A stretch of 64,000 nucleotides of DNA from an uncultured Eubacteriales bacterium (GTDB lineage Bacteria > Bacillota > Clostridia > Oscillospirales > QAMX01), in the NCBI GenBank assembly GCA_934546935.1, contig CAKTEH010000004.1, positions 15,756 through 79,755 on the forward strand, written 5' to 3'. The stretch's first letter is position 1. Every line of letters starts with the position of its first letter. Made by a program: the position numbers and the translations under genes. Positions 47,977 to 58,546 of the stretch are shown in pieces. The notes under the pieces were generated by a model. It was not told where the DNA came from. It worked only from the letters and a program-made list of their open reading frames with translations, and did not search any database.

Positions 47977-49215
47977 TTATCGAACCTGGCCTTCCCCATG
48001 GATTTTATACTTCATGGAACACAGTTCACGCAAGCCTAACGGGCCGCGGGCATGCAATTTTTGGGTAGAAATGCCGATTTCCGCGCCGAGGCCGAATTCG
48101 CCTCCGTCCGTAAAACGGGTTGATGCGTTGTGATAAACTGCAGCCGCATCTACGTTTTCCAGGAAATGCGCTGCAGCCATATCGTCCTGTGTAAGGATCG
48201 CTTCGCTGTGGCCGGTCCCATAGCGCTGGATATGCGCAAGCGCTTCTTCCATGTCCTCCACAATGCGGCAGGCGAGTATAAGAGCTCCATATTCGCGGCC
48301 CCAGTCGTTATCCTGTGCGGGAACAGCGCCGGGCAGGAGCGCACAGGTCCGCGCGTCACCGCGGATTTCCACACCCGCCTTCAAAAGCGGCGCGGCAATG
48401 ACAGGAAGCGCAGAAGCGGCGATATCCCGATGGATCAAAATGCATTCCACCGCATTACATACGGATGGATGCGAGGTTTTTGCGTTATAAATAACGCTTG
48501 CTGCCATATCCGGATCCGCAGCACGATCCACATAGATGTGGCAGGTTCCTGCGCCGGTTTCAATAACCGGGACGGTTGCGTTTTCAACTACGGAGCGGAT
48601 CAGGCCGCGTCCGCCGCGGGGAATAATTACGTTTATATATTCGGAAAGCCGCATCAGCGCAACCGCGCTTTCGCGGCTCGTATCCTCTACCAGCTGTACA
48701 CAGTCGGCAGGCAGGCCGGCTTTTTCCAGCGCCGCGCGGATAACGGCTGCAATTGCGATATTGGAATGGATTGCATCGCTGCCGCCGCGCAGGATTACAG
48801 CATTGCCGCTTTTTAAGCATAATGCGGCAGAATCGGCGGTAACATTAGGGCGAGCTTCGAAAATCACGCCGACAACGCCAAGCGGTACGGCAATTTTTTC
48901 GATGCGCAGGCCGTTTGGCCGCACGCGCTGTTCAATTACACGTCCGACCGGGTCTTCCAACGCCGCAACGTCGAGCAGAGAATCCGCAATTTTATCAATC
49001 CGCGCCCCATCCAGACGCAGGCGATCCAAAAATGCGCTGCTCATACCGTTTTCTTCTGCATTTTTCATATCCAACATATTTTGTGCGAGAATCTCTGGGG
49101 CTGCAGCGCGAAGTGCGGACGCAATCGCCCCAAGCGCGAGGTTTTTTTGCTGCGACGGGATGTGCGCAAGGACGCGCGCGGCGTTTTGCGCCCGTCTGCC
49201 TAAAGTTTCCAGCAT
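47977..49215 (-). CDS. proA: Glutamate-5-semialdehyde dehydrogenase
   Basis: MLETLGRRAQNAARVL..., VIFEARPNV and CNAVECILIH are ProA signatures. Start trimmed to ATG 49215, 4 nt after the proB stop. Terminator hairpin at about 47900-47935. Confidence 0.92.
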   Translation of the reverse strand: MLETLGRRAQNAARVLAHIPSQQKNLALGAIASALRAAAPEILAQNMLDMKNAEENGMSSAFLDRLRLDGARIDKIADSLLDVAALEDPVGRVIEQRVRPNGLRIEKIAVPLGVVGVIFEARPNVTADSAALCLKSGNAVILRGGSDAIHSNIAIAAVIRAALEKAGLPADCVQLVEDTSRESAVALMRLSEYINVIIPRGGRGLIRSVVENATVPVIETGAGTCHIYVDRAADPDMAASVIYNAKTSHPSVCNAVECILIHRDIAASALPVIAAPLLKAGVEIRGDARTCALLPGAVPAQDNDWGREYGALILACRIVEDMEEALAHIQRYGTGHSEAILTQDDMAAAHFLENVDAAAVYHNASTRFTDGGEFGLGAEIGISTQKLHARGPLGLRELCSMKYKIHGEGQVR

Positions 49216-49219
49216 GAGC

Positions 49220-49993
49220 TTACTCCTTTTGTGCCAAAAAATGTGTGCCGATACGTTCGCCCGACAGAATCCTGTAAATATCGTCCGGCCGGCGTCCGCA
49301 GAAAATATAAGTATCAATTCCTGCCCGCGCAGCGAAATCTGCCGCCTGTACTTTTGTAGACATCCCGCCCGTACCGACTGCGGAAATCGAGCCGGAGGCG
49401 CAGGCACGGATGGCGTCTGTTACCGCAGGCACAATGCTGATCAGCTTCGCGGATGGCTCAAGCTGGGGATTGGCATCGTAAAGCCCGCCGGTCTCTGTAA
49501 GGATGAACAGCGTGTCGGCATGAATTAAAGCGGCAACGACTGCGGAAAGGCTGTCATTGTCACCATAAACGATTTCGTCGACAGCAACAGCGTCATTTTC
49601 GTTGACAATCGGTATGGCTCCATAGTGAAAGAGCTTATCAAAGGCGCCAGTCAGGTTTTCGCGGCGTTTCTCGTCTTGGACATCTTCCTTGGTGATCAGC
49701 AACTGCCCAACAATATGGCCAAACTGCGAGAAAAACTTATCATATAAAAACATCAATTCGCTTTGGCCGACGGTTGCAGCAGCCTGCTTCCCTGGCGTGT
49801 CCTCCGGCCTTCCGGACAGACGCAGTTTGCCTACGCCTACGCCAATTGCGCCGGAGGTGACCAGCACAACGCGGTGGCCTTCATTGGCAAGGTCTGAGAG
49901 GACTTTACACAGCTGTTCCATGCGGCGAAGGTTTACACGCCCGGAAGGATGGATGAGTGTGGAAGTACCCACTTTAAAGACAAAGGTTTTCAT
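49220..49993 (-). CDS. proB: Glutamate 5-kinase (short form, no PUA domain)
   Basis: FVFKVGTSTL, VVLVTSGAIG, ENDAVAV and GTGGMSTKVQAA motifs. 257 aa. Confidence 0.92.
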   Translation of the reverse strand: MKTFVFKVGTSTLIHPSGRVNLRRMEQLCKVLSDLANEGHRVVLVTSGAIGVGVGKLRLSGRPEDTPGKQAAATVGQSELMFLYDKFFSQFGHIVGQLLITKEDVQDEKRRENLTGAFDKLFHYGAIPIVNENDAVAVDEIVYGDNDSLSAVVAALIHADTLFILTETGGLYDANPQLEPSAKLISIVPAVTDAIRACASGSISAVGTGGMSTKVQAADFAARAGIDTYIFCGRRPDDIYRILSGERIGTHFLAQKE

Positions 49994-50008
49994 ATATGCG
50001 GTCCTGCT

Positions 50009-50788
50009 TTATTTTGAAAAGGATGTAAGGCAAAAGCCATACTCAGTATACAGGGAATCAAAGCTAAAATCAAGGAAAGCTTTTGCATGGCAGTCGCTGG
50101 AAAGGACGAACTTTCCGCCGCGTGCAGCAATATATTTGATCCATTCCGGGGCCGGGTAGGGGACTATGCGCCGTCCGTGTGCCATAGCGCCGGTATTTAT
50201 CTCAAAAAGCTTTCCTGTTGTAAGCAGGGCATCAGCGGTCTCCATAGCTGCATGCCGGTAACGCGGATCATTCTCGTCAAAAAGGCTCCCGTCTCCGTTG
50301 AATTTTGTGATAACATCGAAATGACCGATAATATCTGCGCCAGTGCGTTTTACGACCTGCGCAAGCAATGCATAATAATCCCGGCACATCGCATAAGGGT
50401 CGCCGTCCCAATACCGGGAAAGGTTTTCGGTAAAATTTTCAGGTGAAAGGTCAACCGGGATATAAATGCCATCTTTTTCAATATAGTGTACGGAGCCGAT
50501 AACATAATCGTAATCCAAAGCAGGGTCGTCGGCATAAAAGTCCTGCTCGATTCCCAGCAGGATTCGAATTTTTCCGGTGTACTCCGCCGAAAGGGTTTGA
50601 ATTTCTTCACAGTAGCGGCGAACGCCTTCTCGGCTCATGCAGCAGCTGCTGTCAAAAGATGTGAAACTGTGGCCGGAAAAACCAAGCGTTTCAAATCCCA
50701 GCGCCAATGCCTGCTCCACGAGTTCGCGGGGGGTGTCCTTTCCGTCGCAGTAACAGGTATGCGTGTGCAGGTTTTGGCGATAACTCAT
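50009..50788 (-). CDS. hisK: Histidinol-phosphatase, PHP family (HisJ/HisK type)
   Basis: [11 protein letters not shown] at the N-terminus, then GFSGHS and SDCH PHP metal-ligand motifs. It is the last gene of the his array. Confidence 0.85.
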   Translation of the reverse strand: MSYRQNLHTHTCYCDGKDTPRELVEQALALGFETLGFSGHSFTSFDSSCCMSREGVRRYCEEIQTLSAEYTGKIRILLGIEQDFYADDPALDYDYVIGSVHYIEKDGIYIPVDLSPENFTENLSRYWDGDPYAMCRDYYALLAQVVKRTGADIIGHFDVITKFNGDGSLFDENDPRYRHAAMETADALLTTGKLFEINTGAMAHGRRIVPYPAPEWIKYIAARGGKFVLSSDCHAKAFLDFSFDSLYTEYGFCLTSFSK

Positions 50789-51435
50789 GTCATTTTCTCC
50801 TGCTTAACTTTCTTGTCAATCACATGGCGGGATGCAAGTTCAGCACGGATATCCTCGCACGAGATGCCCGCTTCCACCATCAGCACCAGGACGTGGTAGC
50901 AAAGGTCGGCAATCTCATAAACTGTGTCGCGCCGATCCTGCGCCTTTGCCGCAATAATCACTTCCGTAGATTCTTCCCCAACTTTTTTCAGGATTTTATC
51001 CAATCCTTTTTCAAACAGATAGGTTGTATAGGATCCTTCTTTTTTCTCCGATTTACGGCCTTCGATTAAGGCGTATAATGTTTCGAGCGAAAAACCGGGA
51101 TTTTCCTGCGCGTTGACGTAAATTTCATTGGTGAAGCAGGAATCCGTACCCAAATGGCAGGCTGGCCCATCTTTATTGACTTCGATGATAAGCGCGTCGG
51201 CGTCGCAATCGGCTGTGATGGAAACGATGTGCTGGTAATTACCCGAAGTCTCCCCTTTAAGCCAGAGCGTATTGCGCGAACGGCTGTAGAAACAGCATAG
51301 ACCCTTTTCCATCGAAATCGAAAGCGATTCACGATTCATATAGGCAAGTGTAAGTACTTTTTTTGAGCTGGAATCTACAACAATGGCTGGAATCAAGCCG
51401 TTTGCGTCGAATTTTAAATCTTCAATTTTTAGCAT
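50785..51435 (-). CDS. hisIE: Bifunctional phosphoribosyl-AMP cyclohydrolase / phosphoribosyl-ATP pyrophosphatase
   Basis: [18 protein letters not shown] and C-terminal [18 protein letters not shown] motifs. ATG 51435 follows AAGGAGAG and overlaps the hisF end. Confidence 0.92.
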   Translation of the reverse strand: MLKIEDLKFDANGLIPAIVVDSSSKKVLTLAYMNRESLSISMEKGLCCFYSRSRNTLWLKGETSGNYQHIVSITADCDADALIIEVNKDGPACHLGTDSCFTNEIYVNAQENPGFSLETLYALIEGRKSEKKEGSYTTYLFEKGLDKILKKVGEESTEVIIAAKAQDRRDTVYEIADLCYHVLVLMVEAGISCEDIRAELASRHVIDKKVKQEKMT

Positions 51436-52216
51436 AATTCTCTCCTTGTCCTGCGTGCGTAAGACGTATGGGGATACCGTTTTCTGCAAGCATATGTTTG
51501 AGTTGAGGGATTTCAACCTGTCCGAAATGGAAAATGCTGGCGGCTAAGCCGGCGTCAACGCCGGGCAATTCCCGGAAAAGCGTCAGGAAATCCTGTACGC
51601 TGCCCGCGCCGCCGGATGCAATTACCGGCACCTGTACGCTTTGGCAGACCGCTTCAAGCAGCTCCAAATCAAAACCGCTGCGCACACCGTCGGTATCCAT
51701 GGAATTGACGACAATTTCTCCAGCGCCCGCATTAACGCCTTGCCGGATCCATTCGAGCGCGTCAAGCCCGGTGTCTTCGCGCCCTCCGCGGGAGAAAACG
51801 TGAAACTGACCGCGGATGCGGCGGACGTCGACGGAAAGCACAACGCATTGATCGCCATATTTTTTTGCTGCTTCTCCGATCAGCGCAGGATTACAGATTG
51901 CGCCGGAATTGACGCTGACCTTGTCCGCACCGCAGGCGAGGACCCGTTCAAAATCCGCGACGCAGTTAATACCGCCGCCGACAGTTAAAGGGATGAAAAC
52001 CCGCCGTGCGGTTTCCTGCAAAATATCGGTAAAAATTGTACGCCCTTCGGCGGAGGCGGTAATATCATAAAAGACCAGTTCATCCGCACCATTGTCGGAG
52101 TACATTTTGGCAAGCGTCACCGGAGAATCGACGTCGGCAAGATTGTCAAAATTCACGCCCTTGACAACGCGCCCGTCACGCACATCAAGACAGGGGATGA
52201 TTCGCTTTGTAATCAT
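51422..52216 (-). CDS. hisF: Imidazole glycerol phosphate synthase cyclase subunit
   Basis: [17 protein letters not shown] and TVGGGI motifs. Confidence 0.95.
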   Translation of the reverse strand: MITKRIIPCLDVRDGRVVKGVNFDNLADVDSPVTLAKMYSDNGADELVFYDITASAEGRTIFTDILQETARRVFIPLTVGGGINCVADFERVLACGADKVSVNSGAICNPALIGEAAKKYGDQCVVLSVDVRRIRGQFHVFSRGGREDTGLDALEWIRQGVNAGAGEIVVNSMDTDGVRSGFDLELLEAVCQSVQVPVIASGGAGSVQDFLTLFRELPGVDAGLAASIFHFGQVEIPQLKHMLAENGIPIRLTHAGQGENYAKN

Positions 52217-52938
52217 AGCCGCACTTCCTCCGCTATGCGCAGCGCTTCGGGAAGGGCGACCGCGCCGGTATAATAGGCTTTCCCCAAGATTGCCCCGTAG
52301 ATTCCCATATCCCGCAGCGAACGGATATCGTCAAGGGTAGAAATTCCTCCGGATGCAATAATGTGCATTTGATATTGCGTACTGAGCCTGCGGTACAGCG
52401 CAAGATTTGTGCCGCGCATTGCGCCGTCACGGGAAATGTCGGTGCAAATCAGCGTCTGGATTCCAGCCTTTTGCATACGTTCACAAAAATCTTCAAAACC
52501 ATAAGCGGATTTTTCTGTCCATCCGTGAATGGCAACTACACCGTCGTGTATGTCGGCTCCGACGGCAACGCGCGCTCCGAAGGCCTGTGCCGCTTCACGG
52601 CACAGGCCCGGGTCAGTCACTGCCGCTGTGCCAAAGATTATGCGCGCGGCGCCAGCGTGAAGATAGCGTTCGGCTGTCTCAAGCGTCCGGATGCCGCCTC
52701 CAACTTCAGCGGATATCCCGCTTTCCCGGATAAGCGAGCAAACCGTTTCAAAATTCGGCGTGCCGCCGGATTTTGCACCCTCAAGGTCGACCAGATGCAT
52801 ATATGTTGCGCCGGCCTCCTTAAATTTCCGTGCCGTACGCGTGGGGTTTTCATCGTAAACTGTCATCCGGCTGTAATCGCCTTTATACAAGCGCACGGCT
52901 CTGCCGCCGTATAGATCGATCGCAGGCAAAAGGATCAT
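52213..52938 (-). CDS. hisA: ProFAR isomerase
   Basis: ILLPAIDLYGGRAVRL and VGGGIR motifs. Confidence 0.95.
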   Translation of the reverse strand: MILLPAIDLYGGRAVRLYKGDYSRMTVYDENPTRTARKFKEAGATYMHLVDLEGAKSGGTPNFETVCSLIRESGISAEVGGGIRTLETAERYLHAGAARIIFGTAAVTDPGLCREAAQAFGARVAVGADIHDGVVAIHGWTEKSAYGFEDFCERMQKAGIQTLICTDISRDGAMRGTNLALYRRLSTQYQMHIIASGGISTLDDIRSLRDMGIYGAILGKAYYTGAVALPEALRIAEEVRL

Positions 52939-53564
52939 AGGACGCCTCCCAACTTACAGAATGCGCGCAGGATACGCAGGCCGACCGGCCCGCTTTTTTC
53001 CGGATGGAATTGGCAGCCATATACGCAGCCGCGCTCGACTGCCGCCGTCAGAGGCGCGCCATATTCCGCTGTCGCGCTGATATAGGCGCTGCTGGTATTG
53101 GCATAATAGGAATGGACAAAGTAGACGCATTCGCCGGGTTCAACTTCGGAAAAAAGCGCGCTTTTAGGTCGCGCGGCGGGGAAACAAAGCGCATTCCAGC
53201 CAATATGAGGGATTTTCAGCTCTGCGGGTATTACGTCGGAAATTGGCCGTACCACCCCTGGAATCAGGCCGAGCCCGGCATGTTCGCCGTATTCATAGCT
53301 TTTCTCAAACAGCATCTGCATCCCAAGACAGATCCCCAGAAGCGGGATGCCTGCTTCAACGCGGCGCACGGTGAAATCGGCAAGCCCGGAATCGGAAAGC
53401 AGTTTTGCCGCTTTTTCAAATGCACCTACGCCTGGGAGGATCAGGGCTGAACAGGACTCCAGATGCCGCATGTCTGCAGAAACAATGCTTTCCGCGCCGA
53501 GCGCGGAAAGAGAGCTTTTCAAAGAAAACAGGTTCCCCACCCCATAATCCAGAATTCCCAGCAT
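52935..53564 (-). CDS. hisH: Imidazole glycerol phosphate synthase glutamine amidotransferase subunit
   Basis: LDYGVGNL, LLGICLGMQ and QFHPEKS triad motifs. Confidence 0.95.
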   Translation of the reverse strand: MLGILDYGVGNLFSLKSSLSALGAESIVSADMRHLESCSALILPGVGAFEKAAKLLSDSGLADFTVRRVEAGIPLLGICLGMQMLFEKSYEYGEHAGLGLIPGVVRPISDVIPAELKIPHIGWNALCFPAARPKSALFSEVEPGECVYFVHSYYANTSSAYISATAEYGAPLTAAVERGCVYGCQFHPEKSGPVGLRILRAFCKLGGVL

Positions 53565-54151
53565 TATAAAACTCCTTTGGTTGAGGGTACAATGCCCCTG
53601 TTTTTTTCATCAAAGGCGCAGGCTGCGGCCAGCGCACGCGCGAAGCCTTTGAAAGCGGCTTCGGCGATATGATGGGAATTGCTTCCTGCCATCTGGCGCA
53701 GGTGCAGCGTAATGCCCGCAGCGCGGACAAAACCCTGGAAAAATTCTTCTACGAGTTCGGAATCCATCGCGCCGATTTTTTCCGTTGGGATTTCCAGAGC
53801 GTAGGAAAGATGTGCGCGCCCGGAAATATCCAGCGCCGCTAAAACCAATGCCTCGTCCATTGGAAGCAGTATGGAGCCATAACGGCGGATGCCGCGCTTA
53901 TCCGCTAACGCCTGTGCAAAAGCCTGTCCCAGGCAAATCCCTATATCCTCTACTGTATGGTGGTAATCAACCTCGATATCACCAATGCAGTGCAGCTCAA
54001 GCTGAAACATTCCGTGCCGCGCAAACAGGGTAAGCATGTGATCCAAAAAACCGCAGCCAGTATCAACTATAGCGGACCCGTCGCCGTCGATACAAAGCCG
54101 CAGCGTGATATCGGTTTCTGCGGTTTTACGCTCAATTGTCGCTGTTCTCAT
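53564..54151 (-). CDS. hisB: Imidazoleglycerol-phosphate dehydratase
   Basis: RKTAETDI, GFLDHML and HH.VE motifs. Confidence 0.95.
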   Translation of the reverse strand: MRTATIERKTAETDITLRLCIDGDGSAIVDTGCGFLDHMLTLFARHGMFQLELHCIGDIEVDYHHTVEDIGICLGQAFAQALADKRGIRRYGSILLPMDEALVLAALDISGRAHLSYALEIPTEKIGAMDSELVEEFFQGFVRAAGITLHLRQMAGSNSHHIAEAAFKGFARALAAACAFDEKNRGIVPSTKGVL

Positions 54152-55215
54152 AGTTTTTCCTCTTGGATTATTTCTGCAAGCGCTTTAAGCAGCGCTGCCA
54201 TATCTGCATCCGTGCCTATCGAGATGCGGTTGTAATCACAAATCTTTTCTGTGGAAAAATGGCGGACAAGAATACCGTGCGTTTTAAGTTTCCGATAAAT
54301 TGTTTCGCCGGGGATCCCAGGTTTTTGTACAAAAAGGAAATTTGTTTTTGAGGGCAGTACAGTAAAGCCCATTTCACGCAGCGTTTTCGCTGTCCGTTCG
54401 CGGGTTGCGATAATTTTTGCGCAGGCGTCCTGGTAATAGGCTGGCTCAGCCAGCGCCGCTGTTCCACAGGCAAGCGTCAGACGGTTGACGCTGTAGGGAT
54501 TGGTTGAAAATTTGATTTTTTCCAGATCACGGATAACTTCCGGATTTCCAAACGCGAAACCGAGCCGCGCGCCGGCAAGGGAACGGGATTTGGAATAGGT
54601 CATGACAACCAGCAGGTTGTCATATCTCTCCAGCAGCGGCAGACAGCTTTCGGCACCGAAGTCCACATAAGCTTCATCGATTAACACAAGTTCGTCTGGG
54701 TTTTCCTGCAAAATTGTCTCAATCTGCGTCGGCGTCAGCGCGAGGCCGGTCGGTGCGTTTGGGTTTGCAATAGCGATCATCGCGCCGCGGCGGAAATAAT
54801 CCGAAGGGTTAATGGTAAAATCTGCCGTAAGTGGGATTTTGACGGGTTCCAGGCCGTGCAGCTGCGCAAAGACCTCGTAAAACCCATAGCTGATTTCCGG
54901 GAAGCAAACGCGTCCGGAACGGGCAAACGCCATAAAAGCGAAGTTTAAGATATCATCGGAACCGTTGGAAACAAAGACCTGCTGCGGCATACACGAGTAT
55001 GCATCTGCAAGCGCAGCTTTCAGCGCGCGGCATTGCGGATCGGAATATAGCCGAAGCGCCGCAAGTTCCCCATGCCCGACCGCCTTTAAAACCGACGGGG
55101 AAGGGGGATAAGGGGACTCGTTGGTATTGAGCTTGATATAGTGCCGGTCCTGCGGCTGTTCTCCGGGGATATATTCGTCAAGCGCGGCATAGCGCGCGGC
55201 CATAAAGCGGCTCAT
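54148..55215 (-). CDS. hisC: Histidinol-phosphate aminotransferase
   Basis: LNTNESPYPPS and YSKSRSLAGARLG (PLP lysine) motifs. Confidence 0.93.
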   Translation of the reverse strand: MSRFMAARYAALDEYIPGEQPQDRHYIKLNTNESPYPPSPSVLKAVGHGELAALRLYSDPQCRALKAALADAYSCMPQQVFVSNGSDDILNFAFMAFARSGRVCFPEISYGFYEVFAQLHGLEPVKIPLTADFTINPSDYFRRGAMIAIANPNAPTGLALTPTQIETILQENPDELVLIDEAYVDFGAESCLPLLERYDNLLVVMTYSKSRSLAGARLGFAFGNPEVIRDLEKIKFSTNPYSVNRLTLACGTAALAEPAYYQDACAKIIATRERTAKTLREMGFTVLPSKTNFLFVQKPGIPGETIYRKLKTHGILVRHFSTEKICDYNRISIGTDADMAALLKALAEIIQEEKL

Positions 55216-56501
55216 GCCTGTCCCTCCCTACGGGTAAGGGCGCTTCGGGCGTGTCCCTCCAGCCCCTCCGCGCGAGCCATGCGGGCGATGTCCTCACTGG
55301 CTGCAGCAAGGGCTTCGGAGGTATAATAAGTAAACTGCATTTTTTTAACGAAATCATCTACCGACAAAGGGCTGGAAAAACGTGCGGTACCGGAGGTCGG
55401 CAGCGTATGGTTGGGCCCTGCAAGATAATCGCCCAAAGCCTCCGGGCAGCTCCGCCCGAGGAAGACCGAACCGGCGTTTTTTATCTGGTCAAGCCAGTCA
55501 AAAGGCGCGTCGAGACAAAGCTCAAGATGCTCAGGCGCCAGATCATTGGAAACCCGGATCGCTGTTTCAATATCGGGGACCAGGATAATTTTCCCATTTG
55601 CTTCGATAGAGGCCCGCGCGATCTCCCGGCGGGGGAGCGCGGCGAGCTGCCGCTCGAGCTCCGGGATGACGGCTTCCGCTAAAGTGCGGGAATTGGTGAT
55701 GAGGACGGCGCTTGCGCTGCGGTCGTGCTCTGCCTGGGACAAAAGATCCGCCGCGACACAGGCCGGATTGGAAATGCCGTCGGCAATAATCAGGATTTCG
55801 CTGGGTCCGGCAATCATGTCAATGGCAACCTGCCCGAAAACCTGCCGTTTCGCTTCCGCAACATAAATATTCCCGGGACCGACAATTTTGTCGGCGCGCG
55901 GGACGCTTTCCGTGCCAAAGGCTGCGGCGGCAATCGCCTGCGCGCCGCCGATGGTAAAAATCCGGTCGGCGCCGGCGATCCTCGCTGCGGCGGCAATCGC
56001 CGGGTTTAACCCATCCGGCGCCGGCGGCGTCAGTACCAGGATTTCGCGGACGCCGGCAAGCTTTGCGGGTATGATATTCATTAAAAGGGTGGAGGAAAGC
56101 GGCGCCGTTCCGCCGGGGACATAGATGGCAACCCGGTCGATCGGGAGCACTTTTTGCCCAAGAATCACGCCAGGCGTGTCATTGAGGATGTAACTTGTGC
56201 GGATCTGGCGGGCATGATAGGCACGGATATTCTCCACAGCCTTTTCCATCGACGCGATCAGCTGTACGTCAGCCTTTGCATAAGCTGCGTCGATTTCTTC
56301 CGGGCGCAGCTCCAGGTTTTTCAGACGGACACCGTCGAACGCTTCCGTATAACGGATCAGCGCATCGTCGCCGTTGTTGCGCACGTCTGCAATAATACCC
56401 GCGACACGGGCTGCAATATTGGCTTTTTCTTCTTTCCTGGACAGTATGCCGGAATTTTCCAGCTCTTCATATTGATAAATTCGGATCATAGCATTCTCCA
56501 T
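55212..56501 (-). CDS. hisD: Histidinol dehydrogenase
   Basis: GGAQAIAA, AGPSE and SQAEHD motifs. Confidence 0.95.
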   Translation of the reverse strand: MENAMIRIYQYEELENSGILSRKEEKANIAARVAGIIADVRNNGDDALIRYTEAFDGVRLKNLELRPEEIDAAYAKADVQLIASMEKAVENIRAYHARQIRTSYILNDTPGVILGQKVLPIDRVAIYVPGGTAPLSSTLLMNIIPAKLAGVREILVLTPPAPDGLNPAIAAAARIAGADRIFTIGGAQAIAAAAFGTESVPRADKIVGPGNIYVAEAKRQVFGQVAIDMIAGPSEILIIADGISNPACVAADLLSQAEHDRSASAVLITNSRTLAEAVIPELERQLAALPRREIARASIEANGKIILVPDIETAIRVSNDLAPEHLELCLDAPFDWLDQIKNAGSVFLGRSCPEALGDYLAGPNHTLPTSGTARFSSPLSVDDFVKKMQFTYYTSEALAAASEDIARMARAEGLEGHARSALTRREGQA

Positions 56502-57136
56502 TATTCTTTGTCAAGCATCTGGATCAGGGAAGAAAGCAATCTTTCAATTGCTCCATTTTTAAATTTGAAGCTTGCCTTATTGGCGATCAGCCGGGCGCTG
56601 ATCGGAAGGATTTCCGAAAAAACCTCCAAGTCATTTTCACGCAGCGTCGTCCCTGTTTCGACGATGTCCACAATGACGTCGGACAACCCCAGGATCGGTG
56701 CAATCTCAATGGAACCATTTAAGTGAATAATCTCGATGTCCCGGCTCAGGGAAGCGTAATACTGGGAGGCGATATGCGGGAATTTTGTTGCCACACGAAG
56801 GGTACGTTCTGTCGGATCCCGGAAATCTTTTTTTGCCGCGACGGCCATACGGCACCGGCCGATGCCAAGATCCAGCAGCTCATACAAATCCGGGGTATAC
56901 TCCAGAAGAATATCGCGTCCTGCTACCCCAATATCCGCTGCACCGCGTTCTACATAAACGGCGACATCCGAGGGTTTTGCCCAAAAATACCGCACGCCGT
57001 TTTCTTCGTTTTCAAAGATTAGCCGGCGCCCCGGTTCCAGGATGGACGGACAGGCAAATCCCGCATTGGAAAACTGTGCGTAAACCTGGTCGCCCAACCG
57101 GCCTTTTGGCAACGCAATATTTAAATATTCCTTCAT
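56501..57136 (-). CDS. hisG: ATP phosphoribosyltransferase, short (HisZ-dependent) form
   Basis: LNIALPKGRL and DIVETGTTLREN motifs. 211 aa with no C-terminal regulatory domain. Confidence 0.95.
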   Translation of the reverse strand: MKEYLNIALPKGRLGDQVYAQFSNAGFACPSILEPGRRLIFENEENGVRYFWAKPSDVAVYVERGAADIGVAGRDILLEYTPDLYELLDLGIGRCRMAVAAKKDFRDPTERTLRVATKFPHIASQYYASLSRDIEIIHLNGSIEIAPILGLSDVIVDIVETGTTLRENDLEVFSEILPISARLIANKASFKFKNGAIERLLSSLIQMLDKE

Positions 57137-58242
57137 TCTGCACCTCCGGAGCGCAGGTCAATGATATTGCCTGCCTGTATTTTATCAGGTATCGCCCGTG
57201 CAGACAAGACCTTTGCGCCTTTTTGCGTATGTCTTTCCACCTCGCCGACCAGCTTTGCAAGCGGTGTCTGTGCGTCGTACAGGATCAGAACGTCTACGTC
57301 TGTACCGCATAGAACGGGCGAGAGCTGATCGAGCGCGTCAAGATACACTGCAAAACCAATTGCGCGTGCCTGCCTGCCCATTTTTTGCACCAGGCGGTCG
57401 TACTGCCCTCCAGAGAGCACTTGGGTAGCGATGCCTTTGATAAAGCCCTGGAAAACCAGGCCGTTATAATAATTTAAATCGTTGACCAGGGAAAAATCAA
57501 TCCGGACATTTTTTTCCAGCCCCTGTGCCTGCAGCGCCTGGAATACCTGTTCAAGCTCGCTGAGCGCAGCAGCGGTCTTTTGCGTACTGCACAGTGGTAC
57601 CAGTGCGGCGAGGACTTTTTTCATATCGCCGTAAACCAACACCAGCGCGCACAATGCCTCCAGCAGCTGCTGCGTCAGGTTGAAACGCATACCCAGCCGG
57701 CGCAGCTCGGAAATATTCTTCTCGCGGATGTATTGCAGGATTTCCGGATAATGTTCCGGCGCAACTGAAAGCATTTCCAGAACTCCGGAGATCAGGCCAA
57801 GATGGGAGATATCCAATACGTAATCTGCACTCACCAGCGCCAGGCTTTTTGCTGCAAGGGAGATAACCTCGCACATGTTATAAATATCCACATCCCCAAT
57901 GCATTCGAGTCCCGTCTGCATCAGTTCGCGGAAAGAAGGCCCGTTCTTCCCACACCGGAAGACGTTTTCCTGATAATAGAGTTTACTGACTGTCCCTGGA
58001 GATCCCGTTGTGTTTTTTATAATCGAAATGGTAACGTCCGGTTTCAGGGCCAAAAGCGTACCGTCGGTATCGGTAAAGGTGATCATGCGGTCGCTTACCA
58101 GGAAGTCACGATTGCGGATGTAAAGGTCATACCGTTCGAAACGGCTCATTTTAAAACGCTGGTAGCCATACTGGTCGAAAAGGCGGCGCATCTGAAAAAC
58201 TGCGCGTTCTTCAATCCGGTAGCTTTGTAAATTGAGATCCAT
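57133..58242 (-). CDS. hisZ: ATP phosphoribosyltransferase regulatory subunit (HisRS paralogue)
   Basis: HisRS-like catalytic core without an anticodon-binding domain. It is the first gene of the his array and overlaps hisG by 4 nt. Confidence 0.9.
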   Translation of the reverse strand: MDLNLQSYRIEERAVFQMRRLFDQYGYQRFKMSRFERYDLYIRNRDFLVSDRMITFTDTDGTLLALKPDVTISIIKNTTGSPGTVSKLYYQENVFRCGKNGPSFRELMQTGLECIGDVDIYNMCEVISLAAKSLALVSADYVLDISHLGLISGVLEMLSVAPEHYPEILQYIREKNISELRRLGMRFNLTQQLLEALCALVLVYGDMKKVLAALVPLCSTQKTAAALSELEQVFQALQAQGLEKNVRIDFSLVNDLNYYNGLVFQGFIKGIATQVLSGGQYDRLVQKMGRQARAIGFAVYLDALDQLSPVLCGTDVDVLILYDAQTPLAKLVGEVERHTQKGAKVLSARAIPDKIQAGNIIDLRSGGAE

Positions 58243-58270
58243 GAAATGTCCCCTCAGATAATTTATTATA

Positions 58271-58304
58271 TTATCATACTATCACATTACTATGATAAAG
58301 TCAA
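58271..58304 (-). promoter_or_regulatory. Candidate his promoter with overlapping inverted repeat (possible operator)
   Basis: Minus strand TTGACT (58304-58299), 17-nt spacer, TAGTAT (58281-58276). Plus-strand TTATCATA (58271-58278) and TATGATAA (58291-58298) form an 8-bp inverted repeat bracketing the -10 and spacer. Confidence 0.45.
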
Positions 58305-58517
58305 TGGAAAGATCCTGCGCATATAAAAAACGGCAGACAGACGGGAAAAATGCTGGGGGAAGCATAGGATATGGGCATATTACCGAAAATCTGGCGGGTG
58401 TACATGAAGAAACTGTTTTAGGAAAAAGAATGGTTTAAGGGAAAGGCCGCGGGGTTTTTCGTATAAAACGCAAGATCAGAAAAAAGCATTTTTTGCATGA
58501 TTTGGCAAAATTTACAA

Positions 58518-58546
58518 TTGACATCGGATGGAAAAGGGTCTACACT
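58518..58546 (+). promoter_or_regulatory. Candidate sigma-A promoter of the aro leader/operon
   Basis: TTGACA (58518-58523), 17-nt spacer, TACACT (58541-58546). Confidence 0.6.

Noticed and set aside
47808-48068. 86-aa plus-strand ORF crossing the proA 3' end
   Set aside because: It overlaps the proA terminator and stop region, and has an AT-rich low-complexity translation and no SD.
58243-58420. Looked for a His T-box or a His-codon-rich leader peptide upstream of hisZ. A 33-codon minus-strand mini-ORF (MYTRQIFGNMPISYASPSIFPVCLPFFICAGSFH) was noted.
   Set aside because: There is no GGUGGUACC-type T-box sequence and no run of His codons. The mini-ORF lies upstream of the best promoter candidate and has no SD.
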